The notes below the pieces were generated by a model. The model saw only the letters and a program-made list of their open reading frames with translations. It did not search any database and was not told the origin of the DNA. A DNA stretch of 64,000 nucleotides from positions 89,256 to 153,255 of the forward strand of contig CAZVGS010000001.1 of NCBI GenBank assembly GCA_964627245.1, in the 5' to 3' direction. Positions within the stretch are counted from its first letter, which is position 1, and each line of letters begins with the position of its first letter. This DNA is from an uncultured Gammaproteobacteria bacterium (lineage in GTDB: Bacteria > Patescibacteriota > Microgenomatia > Levybacterales > GWA1-39-11). Positions 1 through 8,310 of the stretch are shown piece after piece. The position numbers were made by a program, and so were the translations under genes.

Positions 1-132
1 ACAGAACCAGTATCAGGAGCACGCTACATTGATATTCTAGAATGTGGCATTACAATAATAAGAAAAAACGGGGATAAATATGAACTACTGAAAATCGGTG
101 ACATTTCCCATCTCTCTATTCCACTGATTTAA
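1..132 (+). CDS. 3' end of a plus-strand ORF running in from upstream (ends ...KIGDISHLSIPLI*). Function unknown.
   Basis: Frame-1 ORF open from position 1 to TAA at 130-132. No recognisable motif. Confidence 0.2.
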   Translation, partial: TEPVSGARYIDILECGITIIRKNGDKYELLKIGDISHLSIPLI

Positions 133-226
133 GCAATTGCTGCAAATGAATATTTGTAAAACTCAATCTCTTTCAGTGGTAGTTTGCTATAATAAGTTCG
201 AACATCGTTCTGTAGCTGACCCCAAT

Positions 227-967
227 TTAGTTCTGATCAGTGAATAGAAAAACTTTCCCTGGAATTTCCCTCAATATCCTAGCAGGTGTTGTAGCCAGAT
301 CTCCTTCTTCAGAAAGCAAACGCAAAACTGCTTCCTTTTTATTATTTCCCGCAACATAACATACCGCCACATCAATTTTTCTTATTAAATTCATTGTTGT
401 TGTTGCCCGCAATGGATACTGGTTTTTATCTCCAGCATCATACCCCACAACCAATTTTTCAGTGTTCCCACCATCAAACATCTCATAGAATTTTTGCGGA
501 TTTTCAGGATACGGCATCATGCCCGATACATGACCGTCTGCACCTACACCTACTGTTGCAACAATTTTCCCATCAGGATTTTCTTTTAACCAATCTAAAA
601 GTGCTTGGTTAAAGCGCTTTGCCAGATTTTCTTGACTCTCACCCTGCAAAACTCTAGTGTCTATCATGCCCGCCCCATTTTCGCGTGCTTTTCTAAAAAA
701 ATCCGTCTGGTCAATTTGCCCCATATTATTCTCTTCAGGATTTGTGCTGTACCTTTCATCGAAGGGACATATAGTAACAGCAGGAGAAATAAGGTCTTCA
801 TTTATTCCCGCTAAAATTTCCAACGACGATCCCCCCGATAGCAGAAGGAGAATTTTTTTTTGCTCCTCACCAGCCTCCTCAAGCAAGGCATTCATGCAAG
901 CTTTTGCCCCGTCTAATGGCCCCACTTTTTCTTTAATTTCGGGATTTTCTGTAGTTACTATAATCAT
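227..967 (-). CDS. pgl: 6-phosphogluconolactonase / glucosamine-6-phosphate deaminase family (NagB/Pgl fold)
   Basis: 246 aa. LLLSGGSS motif near the N-terminus and GVGADGHVSG motif, both typical of the Pgl/NagB family. Confidence 0.65.
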   Translation of the reverse strand: MIIVTTENPEIKEKVGPLDGAKACMNALLEEAGEEQKKILLLLSGGSSLEILAGINEDLISPAVTICPFDERYSTNPEENNMGQIDQTDFFRKARENGAGMIDTRVLQGESQENLAKRFNQALLDWLKENPDGKIVATVGVGADGHVSGMMPYPENPQKFYEMFDGGNTEKLVVGYDAGDKNQYPLRATTTMNLIRKIDVAVCYVAGNNKKEAVLRLLSEEGDLATTPARILREIPGKVFLFTDQN

Positions 968-970
968 GAC

Positions 971-2449
971 CTAAAAGCTGAACTTAATAAAAGAACAATT
1001 GTCCGTAGTAACACCCTGGGCAGGCGTAAAGGTCTTTAGCTGAAGCTGTTTTCTTTGAGCTTCTGTCAGAGTAGGAGTTGGCGTCGGAGCGTCTACATTA
1101 TTCTGCACATTCTGCTGACCAAAGCCGAATAACCCGGCAAAGAAATTAACAATTCTTCCCCATAGACTAACCGGCTTGACATCTTCCGCTGCAAGCACAA
1201 CCTTGGTTGGATAAGCGTTAAATATTGCGGCGGTTTTTCTGGAACAGTCGGGCTTTGCTTGTATTCTGTACGTTTGGGAAGTATCAAGATCTAAAGGTAA
1301 ATCCAAATTCCAAATAGCCTGATAACGCGCCAATGTCGGCGTGTCCTCAATAACGGTTGTTGGAACAGTTTCTTTCTTTACTTGGTCAACCACCGTCCCG
1401 CTGCCTTTATAAAAGACGAAGGTAAATGTCGGAATCTTTGCATAATTTGTATTCTCGCCTTCTACTTTCCCGTATGCAGTAACTTTTGTAGTTGTTCCTA
1501 GTGCTATCGAACCAAAATCAAGGCTGTCGCATTTGCACATCGACTCATCAAAAGGCAATGGTGTTGGTGTTGCTGTTGGAGTCGGGGTTGGACTCGATGT
1601 AGGTGTTGGTGTTGCTGTTGCAGTCGGAACCGGCGTTGAAGTTGGGCTTGGAGTCGAAGTAGGCGTGGGAGCATCAGTTGGTGTCGGAGTTGGTGTGGGG
1701 GTTGGCGACTTTGGGACAGTGGGTGTCGCCGATGGCTTTGTGGTTGGAGTCGACTGTGGAGGATTTGTCGGACAAACTCCGCAGTCCTGAGGACACGTGC
1801 TGCATGTTTCACCGCCGCTGCAAACATTATTTGGACATGTTTGAGAAGGTGTTGTTGGCGTAGGAATATTAGGCGGAGTTGTGGGAGTGGGTGTGTTGGG
1901 CTTGCACTGTGTAAAACAATAACCTGCTTGAGCGTTATTTGAATTATACTTTGATGAAGAACACCAATCGTCTCCGGCAGGATTCCAATTCGTAGCTCCA
2001 TTTGGACACGCTTTTGAAAAATTTCCATTTGAATCGGCGCAATAACCGGAACCTCCGGGACAAGGGGTTGGAGGAGCGGGACAAGTCAATTTTAACTGCA
2101 TGCTGATTGCATTACCGTTAGTACCGCATGTCGGACCGCTTAGCGTTGAGGTGCATCCGGGAGGAAATTGTGAAGTGGGAATGTTGACACATCCGGATGC
2201 ATAAGGCGGACAACTGCACCGGGTCAAATTTATTGTACCCCCGGGCCCGGCAGAACCTGACTCCCCTATGCAGTTTGCACCGTTGTCTCCGGGACAGCTT
2301 GCCGTAATCACCCCTCCGGGCCAATTCGTAGCCGAAACAGTAACACTCATTTTTAAGCAATTTGCCAAATTTTGAGCATTGGCGCTTTCGACTCGCAAAA
2401 AACCAAACAAGAATGCAGAAATTATAACTAGAAAAATTTTTAATTTCAT
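971..2449 (-). CDS. Secreted Cys-rich protein with a long Pro/Thr linker (cell-surface protein)
   Basis: 492 aa. N-terminal signal peptide (MKLKIFLVIISAFLFGFLRVESANA), a Cys-rich N-terminal domain, a (PTPT)n linker of about 70 aa, then a C-terminal globular domain. The opposite-strand ORFs (1533..1790 Gly/Val-rich; 1504..2028 His/Gln-rich) are repeat artefacts. Confidence 0.6.
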   Translation of the reverse strand: MKLKIFLVIISAFLFGFLRVESANAQNLANCLKMSVTVSATNWPGGVITASCPGDNGANCIGESGSAGPGGTINLTRCSCPPYASGCVNIPTSQFPPGCTSTLSGPTCGTNGNAISMQLKLTCPAPPTPCPGGSGYCADSNGNFSKACPNGATNWNPAGDDWCSSSKYNSNNAQAGYCFTQCKPNTPTPTTPPNIPTPTTPSQTCPNNVCSGGETCSTCPQDCGVCPTNPPQSTPTTKPSATPTVPKSPTPTPTPTPTDAPTPTSTPSPTSTPVPTATATPTPTSSPTPTPTATPTPLPFDESMCKCDSLDFGSIALGTTTKVTAYGKVEGENTNYAKIPTFTFVFYKGSGTVVDQVKKETVPTTVIEDTPTLARYQAIWNLDLPLDLDTSQTYRIQAKPDCSRKTAAIFNAYPTKVVLAAEDVKPVSLWGRIVNFFAGLFGFGQQNVQNNVDAPTPTPTLTEAQRKQLQLKTFTPAQGVTTDNCSFIKFSF

Positions 2450-3381
2450 AATTTTGAAATCTCTGAGGTATTATATATCACACCGGTTTCGATTTTAGAC
2501 TTCAGCCAAGAATCATAATCCACACTTTCGCCTTTTGTTACATCTATTACATTAATTACAGCCCCTCCTGAACCGTCCGGCCAAATCCCTTTTGCAACTT
2601 GTCCCTTTTGAGAACTAAAAAGAAGTGTAAAAAATGGCTTATCTTGATCATCCGCCTCGGCCTGCAAAACCCTTGGCTGGGCAGCATCTTCAGGCTTAAG
2701 GTTAGATACCAAAGCTCCATTTAGTCCCAATATTCCTTGAAAAAGAGGATACTTTTCAGCAGTGTCCTTTACTATTGAATACGGGTCATCGCCATTTCTA
2801 AAACGGGTTTGTATCTCATTTGCCATTTCGTTTTGCACCTTCCTTTGCTCCTCAAACTCAGGCAATTGCTCGTAGGGTTCGGGAGGAATCCACCAGCTGA
2901 TATCGTACTCCGTAACCGAAACAACTTTTCCTTGAGTCACTTCACTCTTAAGTTTTTGGTAAAACTCCGCGGGCTCACCCTCAATCTTAGTGTTAAGTCC
3001 CATTAGTTGAGCTTCATTTTCCAATATTGCTCTTTCAACAGCCACCGGAATCATTTCTTTAATTACAGAACTTGTTACTGCAGACCCCAGGTATGATTCG
3101 AGAGCTATCTTTTTTACGTCAGTGTATCTGACCTCTTTATCTCCAATAGTAGCTAAGAGTACGTTTGCGGGTTCAGGCGGGGGAAGGTTGGTTGTTTTAC
3201 TATTTGTAAAAAATATAAATGCAGCAACTGCGAATACCAATATTGAAACTAAAATTCCCGCAATTACAAACATTTTTTTGGACTTTTTTGTTGGCTGCTT
3301 TGGGCTTGTGGAACCGCCGTTTTCTAATGGTGTTTCAATTGCTTCTACATCAGTTTGAGGTTTTTTTACATCATTTTCCAT
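2446..3381 (-). CDS. Membrane-anchored hypothetical protein (N-terminal transmembrane helix, extracytoplasmic domain)
   Basis: 311 aa. Basic N-terminus followed by one transmembrane (TM) helix (FVIAGILVSILVFAVAAFIFF). Overlaps the upstream gene by 4 bp (ATGA), suggesting an operon. Confidence 0.5.
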   Translation of the reverse strand: MENDVKKPQTDVEAIETPLENGGSTSPKQPTKKSKKMFVIAGILVSILVFAVAAFIFFTNSKTTNLPPPEPANVLLATIGDKEVRYTDVKKIALESYLGSAVTSSVIKEMIPVAVERAILENEAQLMGLNTKIEGEPAEFYQKLKSEVTQGKVVSVTEYDISWWIPPEPYEQLPEFEEQRKVQNEMANEIQTRFRNGDDPYSIVKDTAEKYPLFQGILGLNGALVSNLKPEDAAQPRVLQAEADDQDKPFFTLLFSSQKGQVAKGIWPDGSGGAVINVIDVTKGESVDYDSWLKSKIETGVIYNTSEISKL

Positions 3382-3387
3382 AAGAAC

Positions 3388-3948
3388 TTATAACACAAAT
3401 AACAAGAAACCGCCTACTAGAAGGATTGCAATTCCCCCAATTATAGAAACAGTTTGAAAAATGCTTCCCGGAGGCTCTATTGTGGGGGTTGCTGTCGGGG
3501 GGACAGGTGTTGCGGTTGGCGGAACCGGGGTCGGTGTATCAATGATGGCATCAGCCTCACAGAGAAGCTGGTCGGTTCCTGCAGCAGACAACCCCCCGCA
3601 AGAGCTGACAGCAACAACATCACACTTGTAAGTTCTCCCTTGAGTTATAGCAAAACTAACCTTTGCCGTGGAAGATGTTTGGGACGCATTATTTATGATA
3701 ATAGTACCTGTCTCAACTTCGGTTACCGTCACATTGAAAGACGCAGCATCAGCCTGAGTACTCCACGCGCAACTTGCGGTAGTCAAATCACAACTCTCAC
3801 CATTACAGCCCGGGTATTCAACCGTAACGCCTGTAGGGGTTGCAGGCGCTGCGCAAGCTTGAGCGTATGAAGAGTCAACTTTGGTAAGAAAAAAAATAAT
3901 TCCAAAAAGAAATATTATCAAAAACTTTTTTAGCATAAACTCTAACAC
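3388..3948 (-). CDS. Small secreted surface protein with a PT-rich linker and a C-terminal hydrophobic anchor
   Basis: 186 aa. Signal peptide, Cys-containing beta-rich domain, TPTPVPPTATP repeats, C-terminal IIGGIAILLVGGFLLFVL. Confidence 0.5.
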   Translation of the reverse strand: MLEFMLKKFLIIFLFGIIFFLTKVDSSYAQACAAPATPTGVTVEYPGCNGESCDLTTASCAWSTQADAASFNVTVTEVETGTIIINNASQTSSTAKVSFAITQGRTYKCDVVAVSSCGGLSAAGTDQLLCEADAIIDTPTPVPPTATPVPPTATPTIEPPGSIFQTVSIIGGIAILLVGGFLLFVL

Positions 3949-4137
3949 ATAAATGTATGTGTGCTTCCTATAATATACTCAGAAAATAACTTGAAGGTCA
4001 AGAGGAAATGGAAAAAATTTGTGAGCATGATGAGTATAGAATGGAACACCTTAGAATCCTCATTCATGCGAATCTATAATACTCTGAATAAGTATAACAT
4101 AGCGGTTCCTGCGTTTGCGTCTGTAGTATAATGCCGT

Positions 4138-4809
4138 ATGGAACTCCCATACAGTGAATATGTCTGGTTCTCTCCGCGATTCGCGATGAATTACCTCACA
4201 GACTTGATGAGAAAATACACTCCTGATGTTGTACTGAGAAGCCCCAAATACAAGAAAGAAAAAGAAGCATGGATTATGGGCGTAGCACTCTTCGGGGTTA
4301 TTAAAATCACCCGTGTTAGGTGGTGGTTACAAGTGCCAACTGATGACCCACCAGACATGAAGGCTATGATGTTAACGCCAGACCATGATAAAAACCTCAA
4401 TATCATGAATTATCGTGAAGTTGAAATAATGCAAATCACCAAACATACTAACGGAACTATTGTTGAGGAGATTTTGAGAAAGTTAAAGGGTAATTCATAC
4501 CCCAAGGAATGGGCACTAGTCGTCTACTTAAACCGTGCAATGTTTATAGAAGATATGCGAAAAATATCAAACGAACTCGTTGAGGCAAAACCGAAAATCG
4601 CAGATATATGGGTAGTTGCCAGCACTACACCAAATGCGAATAAATACATACTATTTTCTCTTTTCCCAGAGGTTCAGACAGTTACATACGATATTGATGA
4701 GGAGATGAGAAATTTAGAAATTGGAGACTCTATTGACCTCATGCCATACCATAAAGGTACGACAATGACATTAATCCGCAATGTTAAACGCACAAAATTT
4801 ATTCCCTGA
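4138..4809 (+). CDS. Hypothetical protein, first gene of the plus-strand mobile-element block
   Basis: 223-aa ORF with no recognisable motif. TAGTATAAT -10-like sequence about 12 nt upstream. Strand switch relative to the upstream genes. Confidence 0.45.
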   Translation: MELPYSEYVWFSPRFAMNYLTDLMRKYTPDVVLRSPKYKKEKEAWIMGVALFGVIKITRVRWWLQVPTDDPPDMKAMMLTPDHDKNLNIMNYREVEIMQITKHTNGTIVEEILRKLKGNSYPKEWALVVYLNRAMFIEDMRKISNELVEAKPKIADIWVVASTTPNANKYILFSLFPEVQTVTYDIDEEMRNLEIGDSIDLMPYHKGTTMTLIRNVKRTKFIP

Positions 4810-4881
4810 CCTCTGAATTAGCTACTGCAAACCTCAAAAAAAACTTGACTTCCTGCCCGTTATCCGATTACGGTTATCAGT

Positions 4882-5037
4882 ATGAAGTCAACACGTGCGA
4901 CAATCATACTCTCTTCAGACGTTCATGAAGCCTTAAGACGAATGGCGTTTCAAAGACGGCTAAGCATCTCAAAACTGGTCCGACTTTCCCTCATTGACTT
5001 CCTTTTGAAGCATGGGGAGAAAAGACCGGAGGAATAG
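4882..5037 (+). CDS. Ribbon-helix-helix (CopG/antitoxin-like) DNA-binding protein, 51 aa
   Basis: MKSTRATIILSSDVHEALRRMAFQRRLSISKLVRLSLIDFLLKHGEKRPEE: a beta-strand then two helices, the classic RHH pattern. Preceded by the repeated TTGACTTCCTG motif. Confidence 0.45.
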   Translation: MKSTRATIILSSDVHEALRRMAFQRRLSISKLVRLSLIDFLLKHGEKRPEE

Positions 5038-5088
5038 TATGACAGGGGTGAGATTGTCCATCCTTGCCCCGCATACTAATGATTAGCT

Positions 5089-5208
5089 ATGAGCGCAAAA
5101 GATTTAACAATGATTATAGAAATACTGGTACAGATGGATTACATCAGGATTAAGCTCGATGAAAATCAGCGGGTACTTGAGATACTGGCCAAGAGACTGA
5201 AACGATAA
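5089..5208 (+). CDS. Small hypothetical protein (39 aa)
   Basis: Compact ORF (MSAKDLTMIIEILVQMDYIRIKLDENQRVLEILAKRLKR) abutting the next gene's start at 5210. Confidence 0.25.
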   Translation: MSAKDLTMIIEILVQMDYIRIKLDENQRVLEILAKRLKR

Positions 5209-5209
5209 T

Positions 5210-5509
5210 ATGAATTTAGAATTTAACAAAACATGCGAATTATGCAGGGATGAGTTTACCCTTACCCACAGGCCACACAGAGGCGGAACAATAGTCTCAC
5301 GGTTGTGTCCTAATTGTGAATCAATCAAACCTGAGATTGAAAAGGTAATGTACGGCAAATCCTACTCAAGCGCAACGGATGAGGATAAAGCCAGAATCTT
5401 CGAACGCGCACGGGAAAACAGAACAGTCAGACGCGGACCGTTCTTCAATCCCAAAGACAACGGAACGGGCGGAAAAGTTCAGTCAGAATACGAAAGGAGA
5501 AAAAGGTAA
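5210..5509 (+). CDS. Zinc-ribbon protein (CxxC...CxxC), mobile-element early gene
   Basis: 99 aa. CELC...CPNC. N-terminus resembles the 16194..16553 ORF (K-C-x-x-C-x-x-x-F-T-x-T). Confidence 0.45.
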   Translation: MNLEFNKTCELCRDEFTLTHRPHRGGTIVSRLCPNCESIKPEIEKVMYGKSYSSATDEDKARIFERARENRTVRRGPFFNPKDNGTGGKVQSEYERRKR

Positions 5510-5712
5510 TGCCGACAAGAAATAATACAGAAGGAAAGGTATTCGGTGATATTGAGGGACAGACAAACCACCCTGAGGGACTGGACATGACAAAACAGTT
5601 AAAAATGAGGGAAGGACAGCGCAGCGGATTGGTCAGAATGGGAGTACCGAAAAGCATCGTCAGAGCAAGTATCAATCAGGCTCAGTTTAAGCCTACAAGA
5701 AAGGGTAAATAA
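5509..5712 (+). CDS. Small hypothetical protein
   Basis: 67-aa ORF. Its ATG overlaps the upstream stop (ATGA), typical phage-like packing. Confidence 0.35.
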   Translation: MPTRNNTEGKVFGDIEGQTNHPEGLDMTKQLKMREGQRSGLVRMGVPKSIVRASINQAQFKPTRKGK

Positions 5713-5785
5713 TGATCACTTACTGTTCGGAATGCGGGTACAGACTTTTCCGGGGTAAATACCGATACTACTGTATTAACAAAGA

Positions 5786-5968
5786 ATGCTTATGATAGAT
5801 GAATTACTTGATGATATGGCAATTGAGATTGAACGGCTAATGGTAAGCGATGCGGTTAAAGCCCGCCTGAGATTACAGCTTGCAGAGCTTGCGGATAATA
5901 CCCAGGAGCTACGGCTGAAAGCACTATTTGACTGTATTCTGTTCGAGGCCAAAAAACTAAACACATGA
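5786..5968 (+). CDS. Small hypothetical protein
   Basis: 60-aa ORF overlapping the next gene by 4 bp. Confidence 0.3.
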   Translation: MLMIDELLDDMAIEIERLMVSDAVKARLRLQLAELADNTQELRLKALFDCILFEAKKLNT

Positions 5969-6264
5969 AACTATACGAAAAAGCAATAAAACAACTGGAG
6001 CGGGATAAACCTAAGGTAACTATTGAGGATAACACAGCCAAGAGAATAGAAATCCTGAACAAACTGTTACAGGCAGAATACGGATTCATTGAGCAGAACA
6101 AAGATGAAGTAACGAAAGAGCTGAAAGGACGGTTCAAAGAAACCCTGATAAATGAAGTACTTGAAGAGATTAAGAATCACAGCAATACCGGTAAAACACC
6201 GTACTATGTAGGACTACAGATCGCCAGCGATACGGTACAAAAACGAAAGGGAAAACAGCAATAA
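5965..6264 (+). CDS. Small hypothetical protein (charged, helical)
   Basis: 99-aa ORF, translationally coupled to its neighbours. Confidence 0.35.
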   Translation: MKLYEKAIKQLERDKPKVTIEDNTAKRIEILNKLLQAEYGFIEQNKDEVTKELKGRFKETLINEVLEEIKNHSNTGKTPYYVGLQIASDTVQKRKGKQQ

Positions 6265-6265
6265 T

Positions 6266-6613
6266 ATGAAACAAAATAAGACCATTTCCCCCTTAGAAGG
6301 AAATAATGAGGAAGCCGAACAGGCTACAAAAGAGATACGGTCAGGCAAGTCAGCTAGTGGAAAGAAATCTTCCCCCCCCGTTCCCCGTCCCCAACAAACA
6401 CCGTTTAAGATAAACAAACTCTCGGATATCCGCAAAGCAAGTAAGGTACTCATGACTGATTTAATCAACAAGGAGGGCAGGTTCACGGTTGCAGAAAGCA
6501 GAGTATTCAAGGACATGGCAGAGCTGTACTTTAAGGCGGAGGAGAACATTACAACCAAGAGACTAATGAATAAGCTGAAGAAAGAAAACGACACGGACAG
6601 AAAGGGGCGGTAG
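6266..6613 (+). CDS. Hypothetical protein with an internal C8 homopolymer tract
   Basis: 115-aa ORF. C8 run at 6372-6379 encodes SSPPVP. Confidence 0.35.
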   Translation: MKQNKTISPLEGNNEEAEQATKEIRSGKSASGKKSSPPVPRPQQTPFKINKLSDIRKASKVLMTDLINKEGRFTVAESRVFKDMAELYFKAEENITTKRLMNKLKKENDTDRKGR

Positions 6614-6760
6614 CGCAGGGGTATGGGTACTGAATAAACTGTACGGTATTTCAATGATGCTACACCACCCCCCACCTATACCTACACCCCGCGCGGTGGG
6701 ACACGGGTAAAGGGAGTGACATATAGAGGAAGTACTTAACGGTGTACAGAAGGTAACCCA

Positions 6761-7006
6761 TTGAAGCGAACTCTTATAAATTTTTTGGGAGATTTTTGTC
6801 ATAATAACTGTATGAATGATACCAACTTTCTAATTTCTCTGGCTATTGGTTTTGTTATATTTTTACTTTTTTCATTTAGTGGCCCAAAAACGCATCGCGA
6901 TCCATTCTATGGTGATATTGATAACATTTCGCATAGTATTGCTGTTGGATTGATCTGTATGGGGGCAACGTACAGTATTTTGCAAATTATTAGTAGTATG
7001 TTTTGA
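6761..7006 (+). CDS. Small membrane protein
   Basis: 81 aa with two hydrophobic helices. Confidence 0.3.
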   Translation: MKRTLINFLGDFCHNNCMNDTNFLISLAIGFVIFLLFSFSGPKTHRDPFYGDIDNISHSIAVGLICMGATYSILQIISSMF

Positions 7007-7042
7007 TGTCCCAATTTGACAAAGATTGATTAGCACGATACG

Positions 7043-7399
7043 GTGTATAAGCTTGGTAAAGGATACTATGGCAGTATTCTAATCTACAAAGGAGCATCTC
7101 TCAGGAGGTGCTTTTTTGTGTCTATTTGGTATAATGAATTAATGGATTATAAAACTGCCAGTGAGCTACTTAGAGAACTTTCTCTACTTTGGATATGGGA
7201 AGCCGGAAACTATAATAATAAAATTCCATCCAACTTGCTTACCCGGGATCTTTGTTATTATGACCAGGCGTGCGACTATTTACGACGATTTCCTAAAACA
7301 GGTGATCTTGAACGTGTGGCCCTCGCTCAAATGCAGATGAATTACATTGACGATATTGAGGGGAATAATGAAATGGAAAAATTATTTTCCATCCTCTAA
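7043..7399 (+). CDS. Hypothetical protein
   Basis: 118-aa ORF. Confidence 0.3.
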   Translation: MYKLGKGYYGSILIYKGASLRRCFFVSIWYNELMDYKTASELLRELSLLWIWEAGNYNNKIPSNLLTRDLCYYDQACDYLRRFPKTGDLERVALAQMQMNYIDDIEGNNEMEKLFSIL

Positions 7400-7528
7400 C
7401 CTTTTAATTACATCAGCTCTTCTCTTCCGTACTTCATCAAGGAGTTTCTTACGTCTTTCACGGACTTCATTGTACATGGGTTTTACTACTACTCGTGGCT
7501 TTCTAAACTTCCCGTATTCAGTCATACG

Positions 7529-7822
7529 TTAGTACTCTCCTACGCGTTCAGCCCATTGAGGAGGTGTTCTTTCGTCCTCTTCGCTATGTAATTGAGTTTC
7601 AAATGATATTTTCGAGGCGTGTTCTATAGTGGAATCTTTACCTACTTCGCCACCTATTCCGAGTACGGTAATTCCTACTTTTCCGCCTCCCTTGTCACTC
7701 TTGGTAACTGCAATATCAAATTTAACGGAGCTTGAAACATAATTACCGCCAGTGTGAGCGTCCTTTATCTGCCTGAGGCTTTCTTGTATGAAGTCTTTTA
7801 GTTCGTTATTTTCGTCTGCCAT
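7529..7822 (-). CDS. Small Gly-rich hypothetical protein
   Basis: 97-aa ORF (GGGKVGITVLGIGGEVGKD). Sits 1 nt downstream of the 7824..8291 gene's stop, possibly in the same operon. Confidence 0.35.
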   Translation of the reverse strand: MADENNELKDFIQESLRQIKDAHTGGNYVSSSVKFDIAVTKSDKGGGKVGITVLGIGGEVGKDSTIEHASKISFETQLHSEEDERTPPQWAERVGEY

Positions 7823-7823
7823 A

Positions 7824-8291
7824 TTATACGGTTACCTTCTTTTTCTTGAACCTTCTGTATCCTAAATATCCCAATCCCCCAAGTAGTGCCATTGCCACAA
7901 CCCCACCACCTCCACTATCTTCACTCGCTCCCTGAACGGCTATGGTTGGTGTAGGCTCTTTGGGCGAGGGTGTATTCGTGGGTTCATCCGTAGGTTCAGC
8001 GGTAGGAGTAGGAGTATTGGTAACAGCACGGGTTGGTATTCTCGAGGGTGCGGTTGTGTTTATCGGTGCAAATTGTTTTACGGGTGCGGTTGTTGCAACG
8101 GGTGCACTTTCAACCCTTTTTACGCTTCCGTCTGGGTTATGGTGGTGATATTCTCCAGAGCCTAAACCCCATTCTTCGCAATTAGTACGGCATCTATGAC
8201 CACCGCTCCCGTCGGTCCCTCCAGGATGGGCTTCTATAGGGGAAACAGATATATAGAAGAGCAGGGATAAGATAAGTAAAGTTTGATACAT
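7824..8291 (-). CDS. Secreted His/Cys-containing protein with a PT linker and a GlyGly-CTERM-like anchor
   Basis: 155 aa. Signal peptide, HPGGTDGSGGHRCRTNCEEW...YHHH, PT-rich linker, C-terminus SGGGGVVAMALLGGLGYLGYRRFKKKK. Confidence 0.5.
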   Translation of the reverse strand: MYQTLLILSLLFYISVSPIEAHPGGTDGSGGHRCRTNCEEWGLGSGEYHHHNPDGSVKRVESAPVATTAPVKQFAPINTTAPSRIPTRAVTNTPTPTAEPTDEPTNTPSPKEPTPTIAVQGASEDSGGGGVVAMALLGGLGYLGYRRFKKKKVTV

Positions 8292-8310
8292 TAACCAGTA
8301 TTATACTCCT

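Noticed and set aside
1504-2028. Opposite-frame and antisense ORFs inside the PT-rich gene (1504..2028 His/Gln-rich; 1533..1790 Gly/Val-rich; 1678..1863)
   Set aside because: Low-complexity translations of the (CCNACN)n linker repeat. No start context. They fall inside a well-supported gene.
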